In this document: positions 37,363 to 47,600 of the stretch, piece after piece
Position numbering within the stretch: the stretch's first letter is position 1
Layout: each line of letters begins with the position of its first letter
Virus record (IMG/VR): IMGVR_UViG_3300006045_001036
Origin: a virus
Taxonomy: Duplodnaviria > Caudoviricetes
Strand: one strand, 5' to 3'
DNA: 64,000 nucleotides
Program-made: the position numbers and the translations under genes
Notes under the pieces: model-generated
What the model saw: only the letters and a program-made list of their open reading frames with translations
Told to the model about the DNA's origin: nothing
Databases searched by the model: none

Positions 37363-38850
37363 TTAGAATATTAGATTATCAAACGTGTTTGTCAAGTTAC
37401 CTAACTCGACTAAACGAGGGGAAATTATATTTTTTGTCTGACTCTGGCGGATAGCTCTATGTAGCAGAGAGTCTCCTGCTATTGTTGCAACAGCGTCTGC
37501 TCCATCGGTTGCCCCATTAGCGGCATCATTGGGAGACCCTGTATCAAGTCTTTGACACACCAAAGTTGTAATAAACCGAGTGTCTAAACGATGTGTGACC
37601 TCCATAACACGATATATTCCTGATATCGGAGATAGAGAATTGCCTGATAATACGGTAACGGTTACAGGCTGAGCCAGTTCATAACCACGAATATTCCCCG
37701 CCATCGTGATTGTTATTTTTGACGAGAACTGTGTAGCTATTGCATTGACATTGTTAATCTCGTTGGCACTGTTAAATACTTCTGCAAGCGAGCCTGAGAA
37801 CGAGGATACAGACGGTTGCACGGAAGCAATTGAATTACCTGTACCGTCAACAGTAAATCCAATTCGTCCTGTGTTGATATTTTTCAGTGTATAAGCGACT
37901 GAATCATAAGTTCCGCTTAAAGAGAAAATGTTGGTTTCGTTTCCGCCGAGAATAAGTTGGTCGTGGTTTTGCTTAACTCGGAGTACGGCATCGGATTTGA
38001 AATTGATTTTCCCTCTCTGTGTCATAGTAGGCTCATCTACCCAAAACGAAAAAGTATTAACCGTGTCAGGACGGTCGTTAACGTCACTACGGAAGTATGA
38101 AGCCCTTTCTCCCTCCCGCACATTATTAACCAACATACCCATATTTCGCACTCTGTCTGTATTAAGACCGTAGGCTTGGTCGCTGCTAAGTATTTGTGTT
38201 GCCAACGGTTGCAATCCGGGGAAATCACCGAAACCGTCTTCTGATGTTCTGTTGCCTCTGACATATCGGGTGAAACTGGTTTGCACTACGCCATGAGACA
38301 AGTAGGTTGGCGTGTCCGTGCGGTCTATATCAAGGTCATAATAATTGTCTGCTTTCAAGCTCTTACACAATGCTTCGAGAACCGCCGACGGCTGAACCAC
38401 CCCACGAATAGCGGGGATTCGGATTGTCGGCATATTAGAAGGAACTGCTGTTTGTCCGTAACCCTTTATCGTGTATTGCAGATACTGTGATTCAGGGACA
38501 TTGACACCGAACTGCATTGTCCAACCTTCGATATCCATACATTCCAATACTTGACCGTCGGGACTCTGCCAACCCAAAATAATTGACACAGGAATTCCTC
38601 GGCGATAGCCTGAGTTCTTCGCCGCTTTCTCTGCTTGATACCACAGCCCCTCAATCGCAGCAATGTTCGCTTTTCTCGAAGCATCACCTACTACGTTGAG
38701 GGTTAACTCCCACATAAGAGCGGAGCGTACTGTGGCATTCGATATAGTTATCCCGACGAGTGGGGAAGGAATTTTGAAACCAAGGTCGGTGAGAGATACA
38801 CCTGCAAGGCTGACAGCGATGAAGGGTATTTCGTCTCTCTGTTTACGCAT
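37363..38850 (-). CDS. baseplate hub protein (gp27 / gpD-like)
   Basis: C-terminal ITMAGN..ISGIYRVMEVTHRL..FITTL. Confidence 0.75.
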   Translation of the reverse strand: MRKQRDEIPFIAVSLAGVSLTDLGFKIPSPLVGITISNATVRSALMWELTLNVVGDASRKANIAAIEGLWYQAEKAAKNSGYRRGIPVSIILGWQSPDGQVLECMDIEGWTMQFGVNVPESQYLQYTIKGYGQTAVPSNMPTIRIPAIRGVVQPSAVLEALCKSLKADNYYDLDIDRTDTPTYLSHGVVQTSFTRYVRGNRTSEDGFGDFPGLQPLATQILSSDQAYGLNTDRVRNMGMLVNNVREGERASYFRSDVNDRPDTVNTFSFWVDEPTMTQRGKINFKSDAVLRVKQNHDQLILGGNETNIFSLSGTYDSVAYTLKNINTGRIGFTVDGTGNSIASVQPSVSSFSGSLAEVFNSANEINNVNAIATQFSSKITITMAGNIRGYELAQPVTVTVLSGNSLSPISGIYRVMEVTHRLDTRFITTLVCQRLDTGSPNDAANGATDGADAVATIAGDSLLHRAIRQSQTKNIISPRLVELGNLTNTFDNLIF

Positions 38851-38854
38851 AGGC

Positions 38855-39226
38855 TCACTCCTGTCTAAGGTTGAGGGTAAACGGCGGTATTGCCGCCAGC
38901 ACCTCCCCTTTATTAATCAAATCAAAGAAATTGTCAATTACTGCGAGTTTTGTTCCAGCGTTAACGCTGAAACCATCGGTAATATTATTCATTCTAACAA
39001 TAACCCAACTGTACATTTCTGAGCCGTAAATCTCTTTAGCAATACGGTCAAGGCGGTTTTCCTGTTCCTGAGTTACGGTATGCCAACGGACAGGAAGCCG
39101 AGACCGCCACGGATTAGTTGTTTCCAACGATACGTGGTTTGTGTCTTTATCCGCTATTTGTCTTAAACCTCGATATCGAGACAAGTGCGGAAAATCATAA
39201 GGATGGAGGTATTGAATCTTTTTCAT
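38855..39226 (-). CDS. LysM-type baseplate protein (gp53-like)
   Basis: RLDRIAKEIYGSEMYSWVIVRMNNI..GTKLAV. Confidence 0.8.
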   Translation of the reverse strand: MKKIQYLHPYDFPHLSRYRGLRQIADKDTNHVSLETTNPWRSRLPVRWHTVTQEQENRLDRIAKEIYGSEMYSWVIVRMNNITDGFSVNAGTKLAVIDNFFDLINKGEVLAAIPPFTLNLRQE

Positions 39227-40362
39227 CTGTAACTACCACTGCCTTTCCCGCCTATATCTCGGCGAATAGCATCAGCGTTGAGCGGGGTATCAGACACTTC
39301 TTGTATAGTGATTTTGAGGTCGGCGAGAAGAGGTTTCAAGTCTTCGCCAAACTCACCATACCAGTTAACACCCACGCTATGTACATGCCCTCGTATTTTG
39401 AAATATTCTCCGCATATCAAGGTGACAAGCGGCATATCGACTAATGCCCCAAGGTAATTACAATACGCTGCCGACTGACAATAACGAATAAGGTTTTCAC
39501 AATGTCCGTCTCTGTAATCTCCACTCCACAATACACGAGCGAGTTTGAATACGGCGGTAACAGTTCTTCCGCCCGAACTCTTGTAGATTTGCCACGGCTC
39601 ATACTGGTGTCGAGCCTCAGGCATTTCCTCATAGTTAGCGTTGAACTCGTCTGGAATACCGCCGTCAGGGTAACACGGTATCATCATGTATGCTGGTGTA
39701 GCTCTGTCGATTGCAATACCTACTTCCTCGGCAAGTGTAATATGCCAATTTCCACCGTTATCACCACTGCCGTTAACTATTTGCGGTACAGTTAATGATT
39801 GTGTCATTGCTGCAAAATTCGGCGATGAAAACGGAGCTTGACCTGCGTCAACTGCGTCGAGAGCAGACCTCAGCGTTAACGCTGGCACGGCTGTACCATT
39901 ACCAACAACTCCGGAAGTTAGAGGCGAGTGGTCAGGGATATGAACTTTATCTGGGAATAAATTCTCTCTCCCCAGTATTTGAAGTTCTTGTAAATCCAGT
40001 GTTACGGCTGCTGCAAACGTATCGGTCGAAGTCGCTGCGATTGTTAAAGCTCGTCGTGCATCATTTATCCGCTGATTAATAAATTGATTAGTTATTTGAT
40101 TTCGTATTTCTGAAGGTGTACCGAGGGGGAACTCAGGAAAATCGGGGTAACGTCCAACAGGCACTCGTCCTGTTTCGACCAAAGCTACACTCTCTGCTCT
40201 TGTCATCGGTGCAGTGAGAGCTTGATATCTCTCCCTTACCTGACCTGCAAAATTAGGGTCAGCTCTTAGTCCATTCGTTGCCAGAATACTGTTGGTATCG
40301 TTGCCAAATTTATTGCGTACTTGGGTAAGAGTGGTGTTGTGTTCTACCTCATAAAACTTCAT
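39223..40362 (-). CDS. tail tube initiator-like baseplate protein with N-terminal LysM-like segment
   Basis: Position; PWQIYKSSGGRTV..PLVTLICG..GHVHSVGVNW tube-fold pattern. Confidence 0.6.
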   Translation of the reverse strand: MKFYEVEHNTTLTQVRNKFGNDTNSILATNGLRADPNFAGQVRERYQALTAPMTRAESVALVETGRVPVGRYPDFPEFPLGTPSEIRNQITNQFINQRINDARRALTIAATSTDTFAAAVTLDLQELQILGRENLFPDKVHIPDHSPLTSGVVGNGTAVPALTLRSALDAVDAGQAPFSSPNFAAMTQSLTVPQIVNGSGDNGGNWHITLAEEVGIAIDRATPAYMMIPCYPDGGIPDEFNANYEEMPEARHQYEPWQIYKSSGGRTVTAVFKLARVLWSGDYRDGHCENLIRYCQSAAYCNYLGALVDMPLVTLICGEYFKIRGHVHSVGVNWYGEFGEDLKPLLADLKITIQEVSDTPLNADAIRRDIGGKGSGSYR

Positions 40363-41420
40363 ATTCTTACCTCTCTCTGACGCAGTTCTTTATAAGTCCC
40401 TGCTTCACAGTATGGAGAAGCGTGTACGCTCTGCATAAACCGTACATCTGTGTTGTAGTTCACCGAGATTTCTGTATTGTTCGGATGATTCGGCGGAGCT
40501 TGTCGGTGAATTACATTAGTTTCTGCCATTTCCACGTATGTTGCTTCTTTGTTAATAGCAAAAACAGCTTTTTGCGAAGGGAGACCGTAGCCATATATTT
40601 CTTCGCCTTTTCGTACATCGAAATCCAACAAGAGGTTGACTTCGGCTATTATGGTTAGAAGTCTGTGTTCCTCTATCTCGTCTTGCCAGTCTGTTCGTCC
40701 GACAACAAGCCCGAGAGCGTAAGCATATAAAGTCGGGTCCCAATGTTCAGGCGGTAAATTAGTCATAATATCCCAGAATTTAGCAAGTTTCTCTCCCCAC
40801 TGACTACGCATATTGAAAGACTCGGGAAACTCTTCGTACTCCACGTTAATCCCCGCTTCTTTCTCGATGCGAAACTCCGCTCTGGGGTAAGGGTAAGCGG
40901 TCAAGAGCTTACCACTTTTCCAACTCTTCTCTGTAATGTAGTAATTGGTATGTTCGTTCGGTCGAGTTCTTAATATCTGTGTGCATTTCCGAGGGTCTGG
41001 CGTTTCATTCGTGCTGTCGGCAAGTTCTTGCCGACACTTAGCACACATATCATCCAAGCTATTGATTGTTGCCCGAGTATAGATTTCTGTTACAGGCGGT
41101 TGTTCCTCAACCCATTCTGCCGAAGTTCCGGGAATTTCTTCCAACTGTCCAAATTTAGGATTGAGAAGAGCGTCCCGAACCTCGTATTGTGTAATATGCG
41201 AAGCAGGGCGGTCAGGTAAATAACCGCCGTAACGCAACTCTCTTATAACCATGTTAAACAGCGTGTAACCGTCAGGCATATGATTAGGTCGTTTTGGTTG
41301 CTTATCTCCTGGTATACCATAGGGGAATTGCGGGTATACCATTGGACTAAAATTCCCCTCTTGTTTTCTCATTAATGTTGGGGAAAGTAAGGCTTGCCAA
41401 TTGACTTGACTCATCCTCAT
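40359..41420 (-). CDS. hypothetical tail-region protein
   Basis: 353 aa, ATGA-coupled on both sides. Confidence 0.7.
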   Translation of the reverse strand: MRMSQVNWQALLSPTLMRKQEGNFSPMVYPQFPYGIPGDKQPKRPNHMPDGYTLFNMVIRELRYGGYLPDRPASHITQYEVRDALLNPKFGQLEEIPGTSAEWVEEQPPVTEIYTRATINSLDDMCAKCRQELADSTNETPDPRKCTQILRTRPNEHTNYYITEKSWKSGKLLTAYPYPRAEFRIEKEAGINVEYEEFPESFNMRSQWGEKLAKFWDIMTNLPPEHWDPTLYAYALGLVVGRTDWQDEIEEHRLLTIIAEVNLLLDFDVRKGEEIYGYGLPSQKAVFAINKEATYVEMAETNVIHRQAPPNHPNNTEISVNYNTDVRFMQSVHASPYCEAGTYKELRQREVRI

Positions 41421-44400
41421 GTCCTCCCTTTAACATACACAGGTGTGTTTGCCGCCCAAGCGTTATTTAGGGCGATATTTTTACGAGCTTCTTCAGTGCG
41501 GTCTACCACGTTGTCAATTTTTTCCACCTTTTGAAAATGGATTAACACCGTTCCGCCTCGAACACCGATTTCGTTGTCCTCGGCAATTGACTCGGTGGCA
41601 ATATTGACGTCCATCTCCATAAACATCCAACCATCACCACGTTCATACATAGTAGTTATTTTTCCTTGAAGACTAATAGAGTCTTTCAACGCTGCTTGCG
41701 GTATTTGATTTACACTTCCGAAGCTTATTGCTACAGGCATCATAAACGTCATCCCTTTAGCAGGTTCAAGTATATTCATGTTAAATTGCGTTGTGGCGTT
41801 TCTCATTTGCAACCCTATAGCAGTGATAATTCCACTCGGTGAAAACTGTAAGTCGCAAATTCGTGCTTGAACATTAACTCCAGCCTCTCCAGGACTGAAT
41901 GTTGCGAGTGAAAACCAATTGCTGTTTCCGTGGAAATGTACAGTCATTTGGTCGGCAGTTGTGTACTCAGAACCGTTAACAATTAACCGCCCTGTCGGGT
42001 CACGTTCTTCGTGTCTGAATACTTCGGGATATTCCCGTACCCGAGCAGTTGCGGCAAAGAACTCTTTGTACCAAAAGCGTATTCCGAAAATACCTGACCG
42101 AGTTCCGACAGTAAGAGCTTGCTGTATTATTGAAGCATCGTAGTACAACTCGCTGTTTCTTATTGCGATTTCGAGTTCCCCAGCAGTATTGTCGATAATA
42201 CGGATACGGTCACAATCAGTGAATTGTACAGGGATTGCATCCGCACTGCCTTCGAAAATAAAGGTCGTACTGCCTTGGTATACGGAGCCCATAACGATAT
42301 TAAGAACCTCATCTGACCGAGCAACACCGCCTGAGTCATCTCTGTCGGGCAGCCAGACTTTAACAACGTTGTCTTTAATGGAAGCACGTTTATGCACCAT
42401 GACTTCAAGTTCAAGACGTAGTTCGTTAAGGTTTTGACCTGCCAAAGTTTCATAGTCATCTTTTAGGAATTTCCAAGCCCCGCCAGCATATAAATCATCG
42501 TAATCCATAAGACGAATGTACCCGAATTCGTCGATATAGCAATAACCTTTATCAAGGAAATCATTAGCGTTATCTCCATCAAGCGGAATCGAGTACACAG
42601 CACCACGAGAATCATCTTTAGCAAGCGGTAGTCTGGGAGTAAGCCATAGAGCGTTCGACCAGTCTTTAACGATATTTGCTAATCGTATTTGACGGAAGTG
42701 GGTCCGCTGCCCCGATGGATGAGCAGGGTTTCCGCCTGACGTAGCTATCGCAGGGATTTGAGGATGGCAGATAACAACCCGCACATAGCTTGACGCACTG
42801 CTGCTATCTTCAAAACCGTCTAAAGCACGTCCTTCAAACAATTTCTTGCGTATCTCTCCCCACCCAGTATCAGAGAAATTTGCATCATTTGATGTGATGT
42901 TTTGCGGCGTGTTCATCGCAGTATCACCGCCCGATAGTCCAATAGGAAAATCTTGGTCGGCAGATATAGAACCATCTGCAGAGGCAGCGGGTCCTGTCGT
43001 ATTGCGTGAATTATTCCATATGAAACGGTCGGCACGTAGAGAGAATACTCTCTGAGAGCTTTTCTCCGCCACCTCTATACCGTCAGCCGTTTCAGTAGTT
43101 GGCAATGAATCTACATACACTGTGAAATCGGCAACAAGCGGAATACTGGCTGGCTGAGTGTTTGCAGGGTTAGGAACAGTCCCCGAAGGAATTGAAATAG
43201 TGTTAAAAAATCGAATATCCGACTCTCTTTCAGGTGTTGTAGTTATAACCCTCATAGTAGAGGGGACTGAATCAATATCACTGGCTTCAATCGGCGAAGC
43301 GGGTCGTCCTGTGTCTCTGTCGTTGGCAAGAAAGTCTTTGAGAATATACACAGCATCGCCAGACTCGAAGTTATTCGATATCGGCGGAAGAGAGTTTAAC
43401 GATGGGAAAGTTGTCGAGTATTCTGTCAATGAGTCTATCACTCGTTTTAATCGTCCGTATTTATGTGAACCGACTACAAGAGCATCGTTCATACGAATAA
43501 GCTCTTCAATCTTATCCTTGTAGTATTTCCCCATCATACCTGCGTTGCTTTGGAACGCAGGATTAGCGTTTGGAAACACAAAACGAAACTCATTATCAAG
43601 CGGGTAGTTGTCAATCTGATAAGGATTTCGCTTGTACGGAGCTACGAAAGACACACGGTCAGAATTTTCGTCGTACTCAATCCGTGCTTGTAGAAGATTA
43701 AGCATATCGAACGTAATATCCGTCCATACATCATGATTGAATTCACCTTCATCTTGCTCAGGTTTTCTTGTAGAATACGCATAAAGCTTAGAAGGGTCTA
43801 CTGTATCCTTGCCTGTGAACGGACTGTGAGAAGAACCGCCTTCTCCTGAATTGATAATACGTTCTGCCCCGATAAATTGAAGCTTTCCCGAACTATAATT
43901 AACTACCGAGCCGTCAGCGATTCCACCGCCGACAACACCTTGTATAACTTCTTGTTGCCATACAAAAGAGCCTAACTTCAAATGACAGTTAACACGGTCA
44001 CGGTCAGTTGTTTTCCAACAGTCAGCAGGAGTTCTTAGTCTTTTATCATCATCGCCGACTTTACCGATAACAACGGCAACACCGCCGAACATTCCGCTCT
44101 GACCAAACAGCTTAGTAGTGCCGTCTACTGTACCTGCAATCTGAGTTTCTCTTCCAGGAGGTTGGGAAGCAAGTGTCGAATCTCCTGAGTAGACGGCAAC
44201 AAGACCGATTTCATACGTGCCGCTTTCAAGAATATCAGCGTCGATTGCACTGTCTATTCCTGTCTTTGACAGCAGATTGATACGTTGTCTGCCAAGCACT
44301 TCTAAGAAGTGTCCGTCAATAATAGCTCGGTTTGATAACCCGCTTACCTTGCCAATAAACAAAGAAGCGGGTTCAGTTCCGCCAACTTCAGCAAGTGCAA

Positions 44401-44608
44401 AATCCGAAGATGTTTGGGCGTAAGAGGGGTACGAAGCCCATTGAATTCTGGGATTACCCATCACACTGTCTGTCTGTTTTAAATTCCATTCTGATACGAG
44501 TTGTCCGCCGTTGGTATCATTGGCAACAGGGAACATATTCGTAAGCATTGACGGAAAGATTTGCATCGTCCTTGTCGGCATAGATGTATTAGCCATATTA
44601 TTCTCCAA
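41417..44608 (-). CDS. large virion structural protein (tail/baseplate associated)
   Basis: 1063 aa beta-rich ORF directly after the tape measure gene. Confidence 0.65.
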   Translation of the reverse strand: MENNMANTSMPTRTMQIFPSMLTNMFPVANDTNGGQLVSEWNLKQTDSVMGNPRIQWASYPSYAQTSSDFALAEVGGTEPASLFIGKVSGLSNRAIIDGHFLEVLGRQRINLLSKTGIDSAIDADILESGTYEIGLVAVYSGDSTLASQPPGRETQIAGTVDGTTKLFGQSGMFGGVAVVIGKVGDDDKRLRTPADCWKTTDRDRVNCHLKLGSFVWQQEVIQGVVGGGIADGSVVNYSSGKLQFIGAERIINSGEGGSSHSPFTGKDTVDPSKLYAYSTRKPEQDEGEFNHDVWTDITFDMLNLLQARIEYDENSDRVSFVAPYKRNPYQIDNYPLDNEFRFVFPNANPAFQSNAGMMGKYYKDKIEELIRMNDALVVGSHKYGRLKRVIDSLTEYSTTFPSLNSLPPISNNFESGDAVYILKDFLANDRDTGRPASPIEASDIDSVPSTMRVITTTPERESDIRFFNTISIPSGTVPNPANTQPASIPLVADFTVYVDSLPTTETADGIEVAEKSSQRVFSLRADRFIWNNSRNTTGPAASADGSISADQDFPIGLSGGDTAMNTPQNITSNDANFSDTGWGEIRKKLFEGRALDGFEDSSSASSYVRVVICHPQIPAIATSGGNPAHPSGQRTHFRQIRLANIVKDWSNALWLTPRLPLAKDDSRGAVYSIPLDGDNANDFLDKGYCYIDEFGYIRLMDYDDLYAGGAWKFLKDDYETLAGQNLNELRLELEVMVHKRASIKDNVVKVWLPDRDDSGGVARSDEVLNIVMGSVYQGSTTFIFEGSADAIPVQFTDCDRIRIIDNTAGELEIAIRNSELYYDASIIQQALTVGTRSGIFGIRFWYKEFFAATARVREYPEVFRHEERDPTGRLIVNGSEYTTADQMTVHFHGNSNWFSLATFSPGEAGVNVQARICDLQFSPSGIITAIGLQMRNATTQFNMNILEPAKGMTFMMPVAISFGSVNQIPQAALKDSISLQGKITTMYERGDGWMFMEMDVNIATESIAEDNEIGVRGGTVLIHFQKVEKIDNVVDRTEEARKNIALNNAWAANTPVYVKGRT

Positions 44609-44630
44609 TCGTATTTATTGAGGTCTTGTG

Positions 44631-47600
44631 TTATTGAGGTTGACCGTAGGAAGCAGCAGAAAGCATATCCCAGAAATTTCCGCTGTCCCCGACACCGCCG
44701 TATCCGCCTGAAAGAGTTTGAGCTAAATTACCCATTAATTTAACAAGTGTCGCTAATAAGATATTAGTTTGCTCTACTGGATTCGCTGTGTTATTTGCTT
44801 TTGCTTGGTCGGAGAGCATAGTAACCAGTTGTTCCAAGCTCAGACTTACATCATGAATAGCGTGTTCTCCTGCCGCTAATGCCCTGTATGCGGGGTTATT
44901 TCCGTTAATAAACTCGCCATTCGGACCCAATCCTTGTGTAAATCCGGAACCATTGGCTTCACGCCCTTGACCTTTGACATTGAAAACTTCTCCGAATTCA
45001 TCTCTAATCGAAGAGATTTGTTGCAAATTCTGTATTGCAAATCGGTTGAAATCGCTGTGATACCTTGCAAATTCGTCTCGGTAAGCTCTAAATTCAGACC
45101 GATAGCTGCCAGTAGTGCTTTCGCTAACACCAAAATACTGTTCAGAATACGTTTTGAACTGTTCACGATAGCTACCCGCCCTATTAGAAGCGTCTCCGAA
45201 CCATTCTTCGGAGTATCGTTGGAATTGATGTCTGTAATTATTTTGAGAACCGACTTTACCAAAACTTGTAGAAAACTCATCAAACTGAGACCTGTAGTTA
45301 GCGTGACCGAATAGAGTATCCCGCCCGAAAGAGCCGTGATACCGCCAGAATTCTGTTCTCCAGTTATCATCACCGCTCGGGCTGTTGATACCAAAGTTTT
45401 CACGATATTTATGAAACTGGTCTCTATAGTCTTTGTTTTCGCCGTCAACACCAAAACTTACACGGTGTAACCGCAGGTGTTCCTCAATATCTTCCAACAC
45501 AGCTTTCTGTGAGCGGTCGCTTTTCTCAAGCTCGGTAACAATCTCGCCGTTTTCAGAACCCGAACCCGACCAGTGCCGACGTTTACCCGCTAATTCCCAA
45601 GTCTCCCGAGTTTCCATTTCTTCGGCAAGAGCGGTAAGCATCCGTTCTTCAAACATTTCAGGTTGTTCTACTTCCGAGGCTTTGAACACGTTTTGTATAA
45701 CCCCACGGAACGTACCAAACATCCTTTGAAAAATGCTTTCGGTCTTCTTTTCCTCAAATTCATTCATGGTAAATTCGAGATTTTCTTGGTATCCGAGAGC
45801 TTTGGACTGTATTATAGTTCCCGCAACTATCGCCGAGTGAACACGTTGGGTTTCGTGAAGCATTTCCTTCCACCAGCGTTCCTCTGTTTGAAGCCGTACA
45901 GCGTTCATTGCTGCACCTTGCTCAACTTGACCCTCGTTGAAAGCGTCAACAATTGCTTGCTCTGACTGCCCCGCTTGTTTGGAAAGTTGCTCAATATTTC
46001 GACCAAGCTGTTTCTGTTGAGCAGTAAATTCTTCGTAAGTACCGACGAATTTCTTCGCATCCTTCTCCACTTGCTCAAGAACTTTCTCCGCTCTCTGAGC
46101 AGCTCGTTCCGTCGCATCCTCTGAAGCCGATAAATTCGTTAAATTCGGATTCTTGTTTGCTCCACCGCTATGTCCTGAAGCAGCACGAAGTCCCGAACCA
46201 CCGCCGAGAACATTTTTCCAGTCATACATAGACCGCCCAAACCCTGTACCGACAGCACTGACGATTGTTGGAGTCAACGCTTGACGCAGATTATTCCAAC
46301 TTGTAGCACCGTAAGAATTGAATAAGCGGTCACTGCCTCGTTGCATATTGGGAGCGTTTATACGGCTACCTCGAATCGCACCATCTGAAATCATAGAAGC
46401 ATAATCTTGTGATATTTTGAGGTCGAGAGCTTTCCCCGCCGTCATTATGTTTGCGTACATGAAATTAGCGGGATTACCAACTACACCAGCTTTTAATACA
46501 GCTTCACGGTTTTTGTCAACTTTTGATACTTCATTTGCTTTTTTGAAAAACGCTACTATCGACCCCAACGGATTGAGGAATTTGAGTATTGAAGAAACCC
46601 CTTCTTTCAAAGATTGTAAGAGGTTGTTGGTCTCGCCTTTAATTTCTACAGCCCACGTTGCTGCTTGTGCGTCACGTTGCCGTTGTTCGTCAAGCTGGTT
46701 TTTATACATCATCATTGCGACGTCGTTATCAATTAACCACCCGAGACCATCATCAGCAATCTGTTTATTAATCTCTGCCATTCTTGCTTGTGCTGAATTA
46801 ATAGTTGTTTCTCCCGACTTCAACAAATCCAAACTTTGTTGGAAAGTGCGGTCGCCGTTTAACCCGCCTCGCATAGCTTCACCCATCATTGAGAAATCAA
46901 TACCCGAGAACGCATCAGGCGGAATATTGAACACTGGTGCAAGTTGGTCGGCAACAGTCATATATGCGTCGGGAGCGATACGTTGACGTTGAGCCAGTTC
47001 GTCGAAAATAGTACCCAATAATCGAGAAGGGTCTTGAGAGAAGCTGCGTAAGAATTCCGTTGCTTCTGCACCTTGCCCTGCTAAAGCTCGAAAAGCCACA
47101 ATTGCGGCATCATTACTGCCCGATGTAGCTTGTGTAATTGCTTCGATTAGTCCTGTTGACAGTCTGCTGTCTATTGCACCTGCGACAGCAGAGACTTTTG
47201 TCAAGGCTTCAAGTATTTCAGTATTGTCACTGACCCGAGCATTACGAGCGATTTGATTAGCAGAGTCGAGGATACTCTTCATATCCTTTAACCCTGTGCC
47301 AATACCTTGTGTAAGTTCTCGACCCGCAGCCATGAACATTCCCGCAGTACTCTGGAGTGAAGCACTGGCGGTTGCTATGGCTTCTGATTGAGAGCGTCCC
47401 TTAGTCAGTTCTTGAGCTACGATACTGCCGAATGTATCTGCGTATTGAAAGAAATCTTCGCCTGTTGTCGCTTTAAGAACGGTAGCGAGATAAGTAAATT
47501 CCTCTGCCACAACCCCTGTTAATCCTGAAGATATTACCCCTGCTAAGTTGCTGGTTAATTCTGTTGCATCCAATATACGTGATAAGCCGTCTTTTTCAAG

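Noticed and set aside
44615-44640. 10-bp direct repeat TTATTGAGGT around the tape measure stop
   Set aside because: Too short and isolated; no mobile element lies between the copies
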